Assembly: GCF_020745735.1 (NCBI RefSeq)
Contig: NC_083416.1
Location: 44,479,131-44,543,130 of the forward strand
Reading direction: 5' to 3'
Length of the DNA: 64,000 bases
Source: Hemiscyllium ocellatum
Lineage: Eukaryota
Shown here: one piece after another, positions 61,365 to 64,000 of the stretch
How positions within the stretch are numbered: the stretch's first letter is position 1
How the letters are laid out: every line of letters begins with the position of its first letter
Made by a program: the position numbers and the translations under genes
The notes under the pieces: model-generated
The model's input: only the letters and a program-made list of their open reading frames with translations
Databases searched by the model: none
Told to the model about the DNA's origin: nothing

Positions 61365-61470
61365 TTTATATTGAACCTGTTCAGAGATGCTATCAAATCT
61401 CTGGAGCATTTAGGACCTGAACCCTGGCCTTCTAGTTCAAAGGTAGGGACACTACCACTATCACAAGAGC
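61365..61470 (-). mobile_element. Short tRNA-derived SINE
   Basis: GGTAGGGACACTACCACT; member of the four-copy family. Confidence 0.65.
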
Positions 61471-61849
61471 TTCCTTCCACTGCACTACACTGCACTGCAC
61501 AAGCATCAACCAGACCTGCATCAACTTAGCTTGCAAGGTCAGACTACATTAGACACTTGCAGACTAGTATGGCCATAGGCACTGTCGGGTTAATGTCACG
61601 ATGCTTCTCAGATGGATAATGGCCATGGCAGAATTGAGTACACAGGTCCCAGACTCTAGATCATGAAGGATATCTCAGAAGCTAACTTTCCTCTGCACCA
61701 AATGATGTGGAACTCTGTCTGGCTGATTGTTACTCTTTGCCTCAAACCCATTAAAACAGATAGTGTTATGATTTCTTGAATGTGGGAGCAACAGATTCTG
61801 TAAACACTTCAAACTGCTAACAATAGTAACATTTATTACATAACAGGAA

Positions 61850-64000
61850 AGACGAAGAAGGCTGAGGAGCTGGTGTTTAGGAGAAGCATTCACATTTTTG
61901 GATCATTGGAATCTCTTTTAGAGTAGAAGTGACCTGTACAAGAAGGACACTTTGCACCTAAATTGGAAGGGGTCTAATATACTGGCAGGGAATTTGCTAG
62001 AGCTGCACAGGAGGATTTAAACTATTAAGTTGGGGAGAGTGGGACCCAGGGAGATGGTGAGGAAAGAGATCAATCTGAGACTGGTACAGTCGAGAACAGA
62101 AACGGTCAAACATTCAAGGCAGGCAGGGACAAGGTAGGACTAATAAATTAAACTACATTTATTTCAATGCAAGGGGCCTAACAGGGAAGGCAGATTAACT
62201 CAGGGCATGGTTAGGAACATGCGATTGGAATATCATAGCAATTACAGAAACATGGCTCAGGGATGGGCAGGACTAGCAGCTTAATGTTCCAGGATACAAA
62301 TGCTACAGGAAGGATAGAAAGAGAAGAGGGGGAGTGGCATTTTTGATCAGGGATAGCATTACAGCTGTGCTGAGGGAGGATCTTCCAGAACTACATCTAG
62401 GGAAGTTATTTGGGTGGAACTGAGAAATAAGAAAGGGATGATCACCTTATTGCGAATGTATTATAGATCCCCTAATAGTCAGAGGGAAACTGAGAAACAG
62501 GTTTGTAAGGAGATCTCAGCTATCTGTAAGAATAATAGGGTGGTTTTGGAAGGGGATTTTAACTTTCCAAACATAGACTAGGACTGCCATAGTGTTAAGG
62601 ATTTAGATGGGGAGGAATTGTTAAGTGTGTACAAGAAAATTTTCTGATTCAGTCCGTGGATGTACCTACTAGGGAGTGTGCAAAACTTGAGCTACTCTTA
62701 GGAAATAAGGCAGGGCAGGTTACTGAGGTGTCAGTGGGGGAGCACTTTGGGGCTAGCGACTATAGTTCTATTAGATTTAAAATAGTGATGGAAAAGGATA
62801 GACCAGATCTAAAAGTTGAAGTTCTAAATTGGAGAAAGGCCAATTTTGACGGTATATGGCAAGAACTTTCAAACGTTGGGGGCAGATGTTCGCAGGTAAA
62901 GGGCCGGCTGGAAAATGGGAAGCCTTCAGAAATGAGATAACGAGAATCCAGAGAAAGTATATTCCTGTTAGGGTGAAAGGAAAGGCTGTTAGGTATAAGG
63001 AATGCTGGATGACTAAAGAAATTGAGGGTTTGGTTAAGAAAAAGAAGGAAGCATATGTCAGGTATAGACAGGAAAGATCGAGTGAATCCTTAGAACAGTA
63101 TAAAAGAAGTAGGAGTATACTTAACAGGGAAATCAGGAGGGCAAAAACGGACACAAGATAGTTTTGGCAAAAAGAATTAAGGAGAATCCAAAGAGTTTTC
63201 GTAAATACATTAAGGATAAAAGGGTAACTAGGGAGATAATAGCGCCCCTCAAAGATCAGCAAGGCAGCCTTTGTGTGGAGCTGCAGAAAATGGTGGAGAT
63301 ACTAAGCGAGAATTTTGCATCAGTATTTACTGTGGAATAGGATATGGAAAGATATAGACTGTAGGGAAATAGATGGTGGCATCTTGCAAAATGTCCATAT
63401 TATAGGGGAGGAAGTGTTGGGTGTCTTGAAATGCGTAAAGGTGGATAAATCCCCAGGACCTGATCAGGTGTACCTTAGAACTCTGTGGGAAGCTAGAGGA
63501 GTGATTGCTGGGCCTCTTGCTGAGATATTTGTATCATCGACAGTCACAGGTGAGGTGCCGGAAGACTGGAGGTTGGCTAACGTGGTGCCAGTGTTTAAGA
63601 AGGTTGGTAAGGACAAGCCAGGGAACTATAGACCAGTGAGCCTGACGTCGGTGGTGGGCAAGTTGTTGGAGGGAATTCTGAGGGACAGGATGTACTTGTA
63701 TTTGGAAAGGCAAGGATTGATTAGGGATAGTCAACATGGCTTTGTGCTTGGGAAATCATGTCTCACAAACTTGATTGAATTTTTTTGAAGAAGTAACAAA
63801 AAGGATTGATGAGGGCAGAGTGGTAGATGTGGTCTATATGGACTTCAGTAAGGCGTTTGACAAGGTTTCCCATGGGAGACTGATTAGCAAGGTTTGGTCT
63901 CATGGAATACAGGGAGACCTAGCCATTTGGATACAGAACTGGCTCAAAGATAGAAGACAGAGGATGGTGGGGGAGAGTTGTTTTTCAGTCTGGAGGCCTG
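61850..64000 (+). mobile_element. Long CR1: end of ORF1 (SGNH esterase-like) and ORF2 EN-RT, continuing beyond the window
   Basis: FLDHWNLF...LYKKDTLHLNWKGSNILAG; LNYIYFNARGL...IIAITETWL from about 62148; GDFNFP; ORF 63315-63788 RT N-terminus. Confidence 0.95.

Overview
Vertebrate nuclear DNA, very probably from a shark. The evidence is HE1/V-SINEs, SacSINE1-like DeuSINEs and HER1-type CR1 LINEs with (GACTCTAT)n tails; the species cannot be fixed from sequence alone. More than half of the window is transposable-element debris: CR1 LINEs of several ages, L2, Tx1/L1, Gypsy, Penelope and four SINE types. I could not identify an intact host protein-coding exon, and nearly every listed ORF is a TE fragment or an antisense shadow of one. 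Host features are all tentative: an AT-rich probable 3' UTR (~1-975), a CpG-rich promoter-like region (~11.3-13.4 kb) with repeated TGACGTG(G/A) and CCAAT motifs, and a few candidate + strand exons. The most interesting signal is a dispersed set of Penelope terminal repeats carrying minimal type-I hammerhead ribozyme motifs in three architectures. Two copies have intact catalytic cores (42345-42380 minus, 47888-47925 plus), one short copy has its own 14-bp TSD, and several form inverted pairs. Other structures of note are a 5'-complete, TSD-flanked L1 lacking its RT domain, the Gmr1-type (INT before RT) Gypsy element it sits in, and a CR1 with a twin-priming-like 5' inversion. TE names come from recall of family motifs, not a database search, and boundaries of old elements are approximate.
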